From positions 1,550,001 through 1,614,000 of the forward strand of contig OZ287077.1 of the NCBI GenBank assembly GCA_965645245.1: 64,000 nucleotides of DNA, read 5' to 3'. How positions within the stretch are numbered: position 1 is the stretch's first letter; every line of letters begins with the position of its first letter. This DNA comes from Massalongia carnosa (Eukaryota). The notes under the pieces are model-generated. The model had not been told where the DNA came from. It did not search any database and was given only the letters and a program-made list of their open reading frames with translations. The position numbers and the translations under genes are program-made. Shown piece by piece: positions 24,751 through 36,926 of the stretch.

Positions 24751-25393
24751 TTATCCTACAAATATCTGTAAAAATATCCCGAAAGCCGCGATCGCTGCTC
24801 GGCTCGGGGAAGTGGCGTAAGCCCACTCAATGATGTACGCGAGACCGTTAGGCAACCCGTATAAACTAGAGAGGGCTTCGAGTCTACTCCTCACAGTGTC
24901 CTTCAGACATGGGAATGTTGTAATTTTCTGCCAAGGCATACAGGTAGGTATTATTCCTTAGCCTCACGCGAATGGTGTTGAGGGCTGTGGCAGAGCGTTT
25001 TGGGGCGGAGCTTTATTCAACGTCAGTCCAGTCATTGCTCTCGTCTAGGATCAAAGGTCCTGTCTTTGTAACCTCGGAATACCGAGACATTGGTTTGGAT
25101 GGGTTGAGAATCCCATGGACATCGTCGTATTCCTTACAGTAAATGTAAGAAATCATTATTGCCACGATTTTAACCTCATCCTCCTGCAAGTCGAGCCTCC
25201 TGTTCTGACCTCTCTACCCATGGACCGTCAAAAGCGCTAGCAAAAATAGTCACAGAACACATGACAGAGCGATGAAGCGAAAACTTCACACCACCGCAGC
25301 AGAACTGGATATTAGAACCTTCGCTAGATTTGAGGATGCTAAGATTCCGGGCTACAGACTGTCTAGGTCTGGTTTCGGCTTCTCTTGGCACAT
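24751..25393 (-). pseudogene. BTB/POZ-domain protein pseudogene
   Basis: SNIQFCCGGVKFSLHRSVMC..FASAFDGPWVE, frameshift to LQEDEVKIVAIMISYIYCKEY, an internal stop, then NNTYLYALAENYNIP/CLK. These are characteristic fungal BTB motifs spread over different frames. Confidence 0.8.
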
Positions 25394-25658
25394 AGCTAGT
25401 GTTCTTTAGCGCGGTGATGACGGTTTTGAAGACTTTTCCCTTAGTCTGAAAGAATGCTTCGGAAGGTGAATGAATATTTAGGAAAAGCTTGAGAGTTAGT
25501 ATGGTTGATGTGGAAATTTCGAGACTACATGCTCAATGGAAGAGGTTTAAAAATATGGTACTCCTAATAATGTGTCGACAGAAAAAATTATCCTGTCATA
25601 AACAAGAACCCTCTCCTAGGAATTGCTTAGACAGACATAGAATGAACTGTTATAAGAT

Positions 25659-26110
25659 GATGATGATGATGATTGATTCTTGTACCGATCTGACACCGGC
25701 CGAAGGCCGGCCCATGCAGGCTATCTACTTATTCTTACAGGGAAAACCTTTTAAAGGGATAAAAACCATGCAGACTGCGCCATTATCCCAAACGTGTTCC
25801 GTTTCTGGACTGCATTCTTCGCTCGATGTTCTGTGAAATCCTTGACAAAATGAGAGTTATCACTCGTATAACAGTTGCGATGCTAGTGAAAATTGGGTCA
25901 GCAAATTTGCTTTTATTACCCATGTGGTTAGTTTTTCAACATTTTCGACGAGCTCATGATCGTTCGATAGTCGTTGGTGCCTATTTGTTTTAGCACTTCG
26001 TATCTGCCGTCGATTAGCCTGCAATGTAAAATGATGTGTTTGGCTGTCTGCTTCTGCCATCCGCACGAGCAGGCCGGAGTAATAACGCCCGGTACCCGAC
26101 GATTGAACAG
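25659..26110 (-). mobile_element. 5'-truncated Tad1-clade LINE, second diverged copy
   Basis: Minus-strand translation LFNRRVPGVITPACSCGWQKQTAKHIILHC...WVIKANLLTQFSLASQLLYE*. 3' UTR homologous to ~1640-1790, (ATC)n tail, and 13-bp TSD actgttataagat (25646-25658, 26111-26123). Confidence 0.9.
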
Positions 26111-27501
26111 ACTGTTATAAGATAAAATATCAGAAATAATAACATATTTCGAAAAAAAAGCTACCAGAGGTAAATCCTGAAAAAATTAACAAAAAAACAT
26201 CCAATGAAAAAAATAGTGTTATAATGCTCATATAAAAAAGCAGAAGTTTGACATTTAGTCAAACAAAATCAAGATATAGATAATCTCAAATAACATACAA
26301 CATACCGTGGCTAGATGCTACAAGCGAGTTCATCGAATCATGACTAGAGCCAGTTTTTAGGTTTCTAATCTCGAGAATTTGGCCTAAGGCGTATCAGGCT
26401 CACGTGAACGTTTCCGAGTCTGTAGATTCTAGTACTAACCCTCAAATCTATGAAAATTAGCCTCGCTGTTCAAAGCCAGGGGAGCCATCATCCACAAACG
26501 TATGCGGGCTGCTCAGCATCGATGTCACTTCTGTATTCTCACGGGTACTTTCAAGCGTAGATAGTTTATGATCCACAGAAAGATCCAGTGTTTTCAGCAC
26601 CTCGAACCAGGTTTAGCCAATCGCCATAATTCCCAACATAGAGATATGAGATCTAGCTGAAAAATCCCGACACGGTCATCGTAGAGGGTGATTCTGCCCG
26701 TTTTTGCTTCCTAAATTTATCATAAGGTGACCTTTTGCACCTTACGAGAAATCTCCTATTCACTAGTTTTGCCGAAAAAAATGCAAACAGGAGGTTACGA
26801 TTGCCTGGCGTGCTTTGGGCTTTCCACCGCCGCAGCTGATCGTCAGGTATGAGCACTTCTAAGACTTGAAGTCTCCGCAATTGTCTGCCGCGGTGCTGTT
26901 TGGCCATAATCTAGGCATTGCGATTTAATAGTAGACAAGGCTTCGGAAGTAGATCGAAGTTTATGAATGAACGCAACGATACAGCTAAAGTGAACCACGG
27001 AAACAGAGGATAAGAGCCGTGAAAGGTTTTATGTTCTCATATCAAATTAGATGTAGAGTTAGAATGAAACAAGGGTTAGGAACCGCTGTACTGGTAAGCT
27101 TGCAGGAAGTAATGGTTTAGCATTGATAGATTAGTTTGTTCATATTTTTACCCGAGTAAAACTATATATTAGCATATGAGACACTTTTTCTTGTAAACCA
27201 AGCTCCACGCTGGCTTTGTTGCTAGATACGTATTCTCTACCCTTAGGGTGTCGAAATGAAGGTTTCAAGATGAAGGTCAAATGTCATGGCTTATTAAGTG
27301 CTGATAGAAGCCAGCTTCTCAGATATAATTTCCTCGAAGCTAACGTGAGGCAAGGTATACTAGAACACCTGGAGCTGAGATTGAAAGGAACAAATAGTTC
27401 AAAGCCGCTGTGGAGTTTATTCGGTTTAGCATATCAAGAGAGCTCAGGAAAACGAATGGAATGAGAAAGTAATGGGGGAAAGGATGAAGCCGAGTAGACC
27501 A

Positions 27502-29265
27502 TCAAAAGAAGCCTTTGTTTTCGTTCAGCTTGGCGCTATGAAAACCATGGTACGACAGCTCGTCCAATAATTGGACTGTCTCTGCTGGATTTGCGATCCA
27601 GGCTGTTGTGCAGGCTAATCTTGCCTGTGGAAAACAAGATACGTTAATTGTAAAATCACTAGGAAGGTAATGGAACTTACCTTGAAGTCGTTCGCTCCTG
27701 CGGACAAAAATTGATCACCTACATGGAGGGTTTTGCTACCTTCGATACCCCCAAAATACTTCTGGCAAGAAAGGACGCCCCAAGACTTATCGCCGATGTC
27801 GACAAAAATATCGTTACCTCCTGTCAATATTCAAGTAAATTTAGTTGCGGATAAGCAAGGAGTAGACTAAGATGACTCTTCAGCAGAAGTAAAGGCTTCT
27901 TACCGTTGAAGGCGCAAAATGGGAGTTTTTTCCCAGCAGCCGACATTTCAACAACTTGTTGTGTAACTAGAACGGTCTCTTCAAGTTGCTCCCGGGTAAA
28001 TCTTCGTACGTCAGATCCCGATTTCGGAATTAAGCCAACTGCTCGCTCCTTTCTTAGTATCTCTGCTGACAAATGCATATTAGAAATGCACTCGCGCAAG
28101 GCCGCTTCAGCAACGTCAAGCAAGGCTCTAACATCCGATTCCGTCCACAGCTTCATCTCATCCAGCATCCATTCTATTCTCGGAATATACTGTAGGAGAT
28201 GTTCAGAGGCCATATCAAAAGCGAAGAGATAATTGCTCTCTCCCCCAAGAACAACCAATGCTGGCGTGATAACGTCTTCTCTGATGACGGCAGCCTTCAG
28301 AGCCTCCAGAAGACCATACAGTCGGCCGTAGTATTTTGACGAGTCAGTATATCCTGCGGCAGTCACAATTCCAACCTTAATTCCCTGCGAAAGAAGCATG
28401 AGGATCCGAGTTATAACTGGGTTCTCCTGGGCCAAAGATTGCCCATCATCATATAATGTTACATCTCCATCAAATGTCACCAGCTGTAGAGGTCCATTTT
28501 TTACTAGGCTCATCACTTGGGCGGAATTGAGGGTCAGACGTATATCATTGAAGGATGGAGGTACAAAACGACGTGAGCTGATCCTTCGTTGACCATCCTG
28601 GTATATGAAAGCTTCCTCTAGGAGCAAAGGTGTGAAGAACATGCTGACACTGGGCACGAGGAGCTTGAGCTTGGATCTTTGAGATGTGCCCTTCTTCTGA
28701 TGTCTAACTGTCACTTTGGTTAAATTTACCTCACTTAAATAGGAGAGTGTCTTTACTATGATCGTTAATCAGCTCTTCCACGTCACGCATTATCTCCGCA
28801 TAACGACGATGGGCAGTGGAGGCCATCTTAGCCACTAAATCGTCACGTCCATCATATGCTGCTGTTGGTTGAGAATGGAGAACAAAGGGCACAGCTAAAA
28901 GGCCCTAGGAATCACTTCAGCAGCCAGCCGGAAAAGCCGTTCTACCATCAAAAGCTCATCGCGCTTGAAGTCTCTGTCGATTCTCTTCATACCTTGATCC
29001 ATTCTATCTACATAAATGTCAGCCAGCTATGTGCGTGAGGCTCTGTAGTCTCCGTGGGAGAACATTGCCTATGAATGCGGAAATATTCACCAATTGGTCC
29101 CGTCTATGGGTCTAAAGAGGACATTGGCTTAGCAAGGTGTCCTTATAGCTTGCGATGCAGGCGCTGACCTTGAGCGCATCTAGTTCAGAAATGATCAGTC
29201 ACGATCACCACACTTTCCGAGCTGCGGCTCTTGCACTTACATTCCACACGGTATCTTGTCGTCAT
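27502..29265 (-). CDS. ISN1: IMP-specific 5'-nucleotidase (multi-exon)
   Basis: MTTRYRVEYALKTHRRDQLIEWIKGLLAVPFVLHSQP assembled from micro-exons; SSRRFVPPSFNDIR, HAD motif TFDGDVTLY, TLHVGDQFLSAGANDFK|ARLACTTAWIANP. Confidence 0.95.
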
Positions 29266-30177
29266 TCTGGTGAATCCGCGTATTGGTTTCCATTCAGCCT
29301 GATGCCGTTTCACCGGTATCTAGCTTTTACGAGAAGGATTTAATTTAGGAAAAGCTTGGAACGCGTGGTGATTATGTGGTGGGCTTGAATCGTTGGCAGC
29401 TGACTGCGGCCGCATGTAAACAAACCCCACAGCTCTCATCTAGGGCCTGATGTGGACGAACAATGCTTACAATGTCACGTGAAAGTTATTTATGCAAATC
29501 ATAGTGCGTGGCACGGATACTCGCCACCTAGAGGATTAAAGATGCATGGAAGTCGTAGTAAAATGCACGAGACGTCGGAGGCGGAAGGTGAACTAAACTC
29601 CAAATACAGCTTGCATGGGACTTTGTTGTGCGTCATATATAATACAAGATATTTTCAGCATCAACTCGATTAGCCTAATATAGGTCCTGGAGCTTGCACA
29701 GCAAATTAGATATTCAGATCTCCCGTCACTGACTAGATCGTGAGCGAAGGCTAGACGTTTCTCTGGCGCTAGGTATAGGTATGACTCATTCTTGTGCGCA
29801 GAGTACTTTCGATAGCTTTGATAACCGAGGACAATCAACGCAGACGACTGGTCTTTCTATGAGGTTTGTATTGAGTTACTGGCTCGACTTCCTCTTTAGC
29901 AACGGTGAAAGATTCAGGTTGTCATAATATCAAAGTTGTACTTTCCAATAACTTGCTAGCTGATTGTCGTTCTTTCCTTCTCAGATAAGTGTGATTAATA
30001 TCAGTCAAATTCACGGGGTAATCGTCCATATCTTTTTCTTGTAACATCCATATCTCTACCCCACTACAACTGCTACAGTTCGCTGGTTCTGCACAAACCC
30101 TTGAAAGTCCATTCTTTTTCCGAGTTCCTCATTCTATCCATTATATCCTACAAGGGTGCTTAACGTTATATTTCACC

Positions 30178-31179
30178 ATGATTGCTTCTAGTGACACAGC
30201 AAGGACGGCCGAGGAGAACTACAGCATTCTCGCCCAACCTCCTAGCTATGTTGGTAGCACCCAGAATTCCTGGCTAAACGATCTCGACACGAAGTCGGCC
30301 AACAGGGCCGACAAGGCTTTGTTGTCAACCCCGAACTTTGAGTCGGATGCCGATACAGTCATTTCGACCACTTCAACCCCTCCATACTCCAGTCATGCTC
30401 CACGTTCCGTCCTTAGCCGGGGCTTGCAAGTTCCCACTCGGTTCCACACCCTTACATCCGGATTCAAGCTTCCCACGATTCTTGAACGAGCGGGCGTAAC
30501 ACCCGATGAATGGTCGGCGTTCACGAGCGAGGTCAAGCAACATGCTACTTTGACCGGGTCACAATGGGCTAAAACAATTGCTGGAGGTGCGAGTACCTTG
30601 ATCCTAGGCGGTGCAATTGTAGGATGGTTTGCATTTATTCCTGCCGGGTACGTTGGACATAAAATGCGCAGGGATAGAGAACGTCGAAATTTCACGATAG
30701 CCGAACAGAGTGGAGCACTTTCGCAGTGTGTGGCTCGATGGAATAACACATGTTTCCAAGCCAAGCGTCTCTTAGTTCGTATTGACGTCCCTGGACGGGC
30801 CCCTGACTTGGCCAATATGGATCTGGCATCTTCTAAGCTCTTCAAGTATCAACAAAGCATTGGGGCTGTTTCTGGCACAGCTGGATCCACCACCAACTGG
30901 CTTGGCGATAACCACAAGCAGCTAAAGTACCAGCTTAAGGAAGGCAAAGCAAGGGTCAAAGCTGCCGGAAAATGTAGAATTGTTATTGTCCCTCTTGACC
31001 ACCTAGGCAAACCATATCAGAAATCTTCCAAGCGCAAGAACACGACTATCAAAGGCTTGGATGGAGCACAGGATGAGGACATGTCTGATATTGAAATGGA
31101 GAGCACCGGTGACGGCTCGTCCGCGTTCGAGCCACTCCTGACAAAGAGGGATCGTTATCCTGATGAACCGAAACCTTGA
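30178..31179 (+). CDS. Fungal hypothetical protein, 333 aa, with a central hydrophobic hairpin
   Basis: Intact single ORF with caccATG context, PPSY/PPY motifs, and a hydrophobic stretch (TLILGGAIVGWFAFIPAGYVG). Confidence 0.8.
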   Translation: MIASSDTARTAEENYSILAQPPSYVGSTQNSWLNDLDTKSANRADKALLSTPNFESDADTVISTTSTPPYSSHAPRSVLSRGLQVPTRFHTLTSGFKLPTILERAGVTPDEWSAFTSEVKQHATLTGSQWAKTIAGGASTLILGGAIVGWFAFIPAGYVGHKMRRDRERRNFTIAEQSGALSQCVARWNNTCFQAKRLLVRIDVPGRAPDLANMDLASSKLFKYQQSIGAVSGTAGSTTNWLGDNHKQLKYQLKEGKARVKAAGKCRIVIVPLDHLGKPYQKSSKRKNTTIKGLDGAQDEDMSDIEMESTGDGSSAFEPLLTKRDRYPDEPKP

Positions 31180-31627
31180 TACATGTATTTCCTTTTTGTC
31201 TCTCTTCCAGGGAGCATGGTTTCCTTCCAGCAACATCGTGGAAAGTGGAACGGGTGCGGCCGGTCAAGGCATTGTTGAATCAAATGGCTGGAAAGGCTAC
31301 AGCCACATTGATCGCTTTAGATAATGTTAACTCACAAGGTATACTTGTAATGTCAGGCTTCTGTAAGGCTTCGTACATGCATGACATTGAGCCGGGGTAG
31401 CATGACGCGATGTGCGTCTTAGTCACCCGGTCCCATGACTCGGGTGGATATCCATCTCTGTCTCGGATGCCTTTTGCTCACATGCTCACTAAAACAACTT
31501 TGCATCAAGACATTCAAAATCGCCCGCCCACGTGTATGATATGAATGTATGACAGGCTGCACGAATGATTAGCTTGACCGTCATGCGTTTCAATTCTGAT
31601 ATCAAAGTGCCTTAATTGCCCTACACG

Positions 31628-34600
31628 ATGGAGGCTTCCATTGCTAAAAAACTGGCAGCGCCATTGGGGAATTCAAGCTCTACTATAAACATAAGCACAA
31701 GTGCGGCCATTGCCCAAGCATCTGCGTTGGCGACAGTGCCCGACGGCACCTTACGAGCTTCGTGGATTGGTTTGCTGGGCCGCGGTTTGCTGCTCTTGGT
31801 CCGAGTGATACCAGGTATACTGTTCTGGATAGTGACATACACAACCATCACCCTTCCGACTATTCTATTTACCTTATTCTCTACAAGCTTGACCTTCACC
31901 ATGAACTTCACCACACTGTGCGTGGAAATAAGACCTCGGGTGACGGACCATAGCTGACATATTTCAGCATGCTCATCGTTCTGGCTTTTGCATCTCTAGT
32001 CTCATGGCTTGTGAGATACCGTTTTCTGAACATGTACACCCGATTGCCGTTGGAGCCTCAGCGCAAAGAACCCCAGATCAATCTTTTCCCTGATACACAG
32101 GAAGGGGACTCCAAGCCCGGCTTGGCCAATTATCTGGACGAGTTCTTGAGCGCAATCAAGGTGTTTGGATATCGTGAGTTTAGCGTAATTCGATATCCCA
32201 GGCCCTGAGCTGATGGTACAGAAAGTTGAACGGTCGGTATTTCATGAACTTACACGCACTATGCAAACGCGAAAACTCATAGCGGGAGAAACGTTGCTAC
32301 TAGAAGAGGAGAAGGGCTTTTGCTTGGTGGTAGACGGGCTAGTTCAAATATTTGTCAAGTCAAGCAGAGGATCCAACGCTGGGGACCCCGATGCACGGCG
32401 AGGTGGTAGCGATGAATCATACGAGGATGACGAGGAACACGTAGATGGAGAACACCAGGGATACCAACTGCTTACAGAGGTAAAAAACGGCGCCCCAATG
32501 TCGTCGTTGTTTTCAGTCCTGTCTCTATTCACTGAGGGTGTTAAACTCCGTCATGAGGACGAGGATGAAAATGGCCTAATTTCTAGCGCTTCTAGTGCTG
32601 GGCTTGCCCCTGGCGTTCCACTCGACTCTCAGCCTGGCAGCCCTATAGACATACCAAATAATACAATTTCCACAGAAAGAGCCCACAACCGAAACTCGTC
32701 AGTTCCAGTCATTGGTGATCAGGTACCATATATACCCCACCTTTCATTGGATACAATCCCGAAAGCACAGAACTGGCAGCGGTCAGATCATGACAGAGTT
32801 CCTGACTCCCGGCCAACTAGGTCGCCAAAATCCGTTCACCCTGATATTGTGGCGAGGGCAACAGTGGATACCACTATCGCCATCATTCCCGCCACGGCAT
32901 TCCATCGTCTCACCCGAGTTTATCCAAAAGCTACAGCACATATCGTACAAGTAATCCTTACGCGACTTCAACGAGTAACGCTTGCAACTGCGCATTCGTA
33001 TCTTGGCTTGACGTCGGAGGTTCTCCGGACGGAGCGTTATATGAATAGGTACATAAATTACGATCTACCGAATCACCTGCGCGGGTCTGCCTTAGAGAGG
33101 TTGAAGGAAAAGTTTGTGAGAGAAAGAGAACGCTTGAATTCAGCAGAGGATGGAACGAAAGGCATCGCTTTACATAATCCAAGTGCCGGCCAGAGACGAC
33201 GTTCAAGTAGTAGCCTTAAGAGAGATATCATGACACATGCGAGACTTGCTGCCGCTCGTGGTGAAAACCAAACCCGTAATCTAACATATCTCAATGCGCC
33301 AGATCAGCGTTCGGGAATCAGCCCTGGGGATCTACTGACTAACATTCAAATGTCTCGTTTTGGGACCAGGCATCATGATCACCCTCAGATGCTTTCCGAG
33401 CTCTCAATGACGAAACCTCTCACTCCTTTGGAGTCACCAGCGCTAAAAAGTCCTCTAACCCAAGGGGAACGTAGTCCATTCATGCCTCTGCCCGGCGGTG
33501 GTAATGCGCAGGTTCGCCAGCAGGAATCTTTGCATGAGGATTCGCTCTTTAGGGAATCCATACTTGGGTGTATTTTCAAAGCTATTGGCTTATCAGGTGT
33601 GAAAGATATGATCAGTAAACCTACTATTTCGGTAGAACAATCCCCTCGTATGGTATCTTATGATTTTCAGCGCCAAAAAGCTACATTTACTAATGCATTT
33701 GGTTTCATTGACCCTTATGAGGGATCTGCAGATGGTGATACTGAATCGCTTCATTCATCTTCTGCAATCAGCTCTGGGGGTCTTTATAGTTCTCACAGTC
33801 TCATTAGCGAGTCACGAGAGGACTTAGAAATTGTGTACTTCCCAAAAGATGCGGTGCTGGTAGAACAAGGGGAACGAAACCCAGGTCTCTACTATGTAAT
33901 TGACGGATTCTTAGATGTCAGTATTCCTGGGGTTGAGGAAGAATATGATGGTATGGCTATGAATGGGTTGGTCGGACATGGTCTGGATGATTCCCTACCT
34001 CCACTCAGACGAACTGCTGCAAACACTTCGCGGGCATCATCTATACCCGGCGGCTCTCATGGGGCGAAGAGGAAGTTACAGCCACGGAAAAGTCTCTTCT
34101 TGATCAAACCTGGTGGACTCGCCGGTTATGTCGGTACCATATCCTCTTACAGATCGTTTGTTGATGTTAGAGCCAAAACAGATGTTTACGTTGGTTTTCT
34201 TCCTCGCGCTTCTCTCGAACGGATAGTAGAAAAATACCCCATTGTTCTCTTGACTATGGCGAAGCGTTTAACGAGTCTGCTGCCTCGACTGATTTTGCAC
34301 ATTGATTTTGCTCTGGAATGGGTCCAGGTTGATGCTGGTCAAATCATTCATCGTCAAGGTGACGAGAGTGATGCCATCTATATTGTCCTAAACGGTCGCC
34401 TTCGGGCACTTTTGGAGAAAGAGGATGGTGGGATGAGGGTAGTTGGAGAATATGGGCAGGGTGAAAGCGTGGGGGAACTCGAGGTCATGACCGAGTCTGT
34501 AAGACCGGCTACTCTACACGCCATTCGTGATACCGAGCTGGCCAAATTTCCTAAGACTTTGTTCAACAGCTTGGCTCTAGAACATCCAGGTATTACAATC

Positions 34601-36316
34601 AAAATCTCCAAGGTCATCGCCCAACGCATGCGTGCACTTGTCGAGGATCCTTTCTTTGAACAGGGGAATGATAGGACTACCACGGCCTCAAGTGAGAATG
34701 TCACTTCCACCATGAACCTCCGCACAACGGCAATTCTTCCGGTCACAGCGGGGGTCCCTGTGGTTGAGTTTGGTAGTCGGCTTCTCACTGCATTGTCTCA
34801 GATTGGAGTTACCAATGGCGTAACCTCCCTCAATCAGGCAGCAATCCTGAATCATCTTGGGCGACACGCCTTTTCCAGGATGGGCAAACTTAAACTTTCC
34901 CAATATCTGGCGGATCTGGAGGAACGGTATGGTATGCTTCTATATATAGCCGACACTAACGTCAACTCCCCTTGGACCCAGACGTGCATCACTCAGGCAG
35001 ATTGTATTCTTCTTGTTGGACTCGCAGAGGGCTCGCCCAATATTGGCGAGTATGAAAGATTTTTGCTCGGCATGAAGACTACGGCGAGAAAAGAACTCGT
35101 GCTCCTTCATGTGGAGCGATACTCGCCGCCGGGTCTGACCCGGAAGTGGCTTCGGAACCGAATGTGGATTAACGGCGGGCATCATCATATTCAAATGGCG
35201 TTCCGCACTAATTCCGAACCTGTTCATCCCCAAATCAAGCGCTTTGGCATCGCGTTGAAGCAAAGAGTACAAGTGCTGCACGCTGAGATCCAAAAATACA
35301 CTTCTCGACGAATCCGCCAAACCCCACTTTACTCGGCAGAGACCCCTTTTAAAGGTGACTTTCACCGACTGGCGCGACGCCTCTGCGGAAAGTCGGTCGG
35401 GCTTGTTCTTGGCGGCGGGGGTGCGAGAGGAATATCTCAGATCGGTGTCATCCGTGCTCTTGAAGAAGCTGGTATCCCAATTGACATCATCGGCGGCACG
35501 TCAATCGGCGCTTTCATTGGGGCGCTATATGCTCGCGATGCAGATATGGTGCCCATGTACGGCCGGGCTAAGAAGTTTGCTGGGCGCATGGGCAGTATGT
35601 GGCGCTTCGCTCTTGACTTGACCTACCCATCCGCATCCTACACCACCGGCTACGAATTTAATCGCGGCATCTTCAAAACATTTGGTAACTCCCAGATGGA
35701 GGATTTCTGGCTCGAGTTCTACTGTAACACGACCAACATCAGCAAATCGCGCTCCGAGTTCCACAACTCGGGGTATGTCTGGCGGTACGTACGCGCATCC
35801 ATGTCGCTCGCAGGCCTCATTCCCCCGCTCTGCGACGAAGGCAGTATGCTCCTTGACGGCGGCTACATCGACAATCTCACCGTTGCGCACATGAAATCCC
35901 TTGGCGCAGACGTCATTTTCGCCGTCGATGTCGGCTCTCTCGACGACAATGTTCCCCAAGCCTTCGGCGACTCCCTCTCCGGTGCCTGGGCTCTCCTCAA
36001 TCGCTGGAACCCCTTCTCTTCCTATCCTAACCCGCCCACGTTGTCGGAGATCCAGGCCCGCTTGGCATACGTGAGCAGCGTCGATGCGTTGGAGCGTGCG
36101 AAGACGACCCCCGGGTGCCTGTACATGCGCCCGCCCATTGATCCGTATGGGACCTTGGAGTTTGCGAAGTTTGATGAGATCTATCAGGTGGGGTATATCT
36201 ACGGGCAAGAGTTTTTGAGCAAGCTGAGGGATCAGGGCTTGTTGCCGGTGATGGAGGAGACTGAAGAGAAGCGGAATTTGCGGAGGACAATGGCGCCGAG
36301 GAGAGCGAGCGTGTAA
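31628..36316 (+). CDS. NTE1: Lysophospholipase NTE1 (N-terminal TM segments, cNMP-binding domains, patatin domain), two 5' introns
   Basis: Patatin motifs GGGGARG, GTSIG and DGG; cNMP-like repeats; [15 protein letters not shown]-terminal [11 protein letters not shown]. Confidence 0.97.
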
Positions 36317-36926
36317 TATCTCCAAGGTAGTTTTGGGTTGGGGTTTCGGGGACAGGCAGGATTTCCGGGATGCTTCAGAAAACGTATAATGGGGCGGATA
36401 TTGTCAAGCGCTGTATTGCATTACATCGGAAATCTGTAAACTAGGATGGCAGGGTCTTGTTGCGTAGGCGGATTCTTATAGCACAGAGATATGAAATAAG
36501 ATACTCATCGTTGTATCTTACCAGAACAAGCTTCGCGCGGCAAGCTTCTCAGCCCTGCCGTCATCACGTTCCTTTTCTAATCCACATAGGACATCTCCCT
36601 TGCAATTGCTCAGTCCCTGAAACTCTTCTCGTTATACGGTGACAGATTGAAATCAATTCATTGTGCGCCGCGGACGTAACTTTGTGAAGAAACTTAAGAC
36701 TCAGCACATCCGAGAATCGTTTTTTGAGCTGGTTGCTATTCCTAGCTGTCTTCTCTCGATAGTTTTGTTTATTTTTGCATTAATTTATCTTTTTTTCTAA
36801 GCACTTGCTTTTCAAGCATTCATTATATCTTCTCCAGCTCTTTTCATACATCTTCAGCGTTGCCCTCACAACTTCAAATTCCCACCACTTCACCCACCCC
36901 CCCCCCCCAACCCCCGCCTTCCACCT

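Noticed and set aside
24248..24820. 190-aa plus-strand ORF
   Set aside because: Starts at GTG, has no recognisable motif, and overlaps the 3' part of the BTB pseudogene on the opposite strand.
35525..36325. 266-aa antisense ORF over the NTE1 3' end, and similar antisense ORFs over guanine deaminase, ARP9, Rds1 and 8279-8962
   Set aside because: Shadow ORFs expected from high GC3 codon bias on the sense strand.
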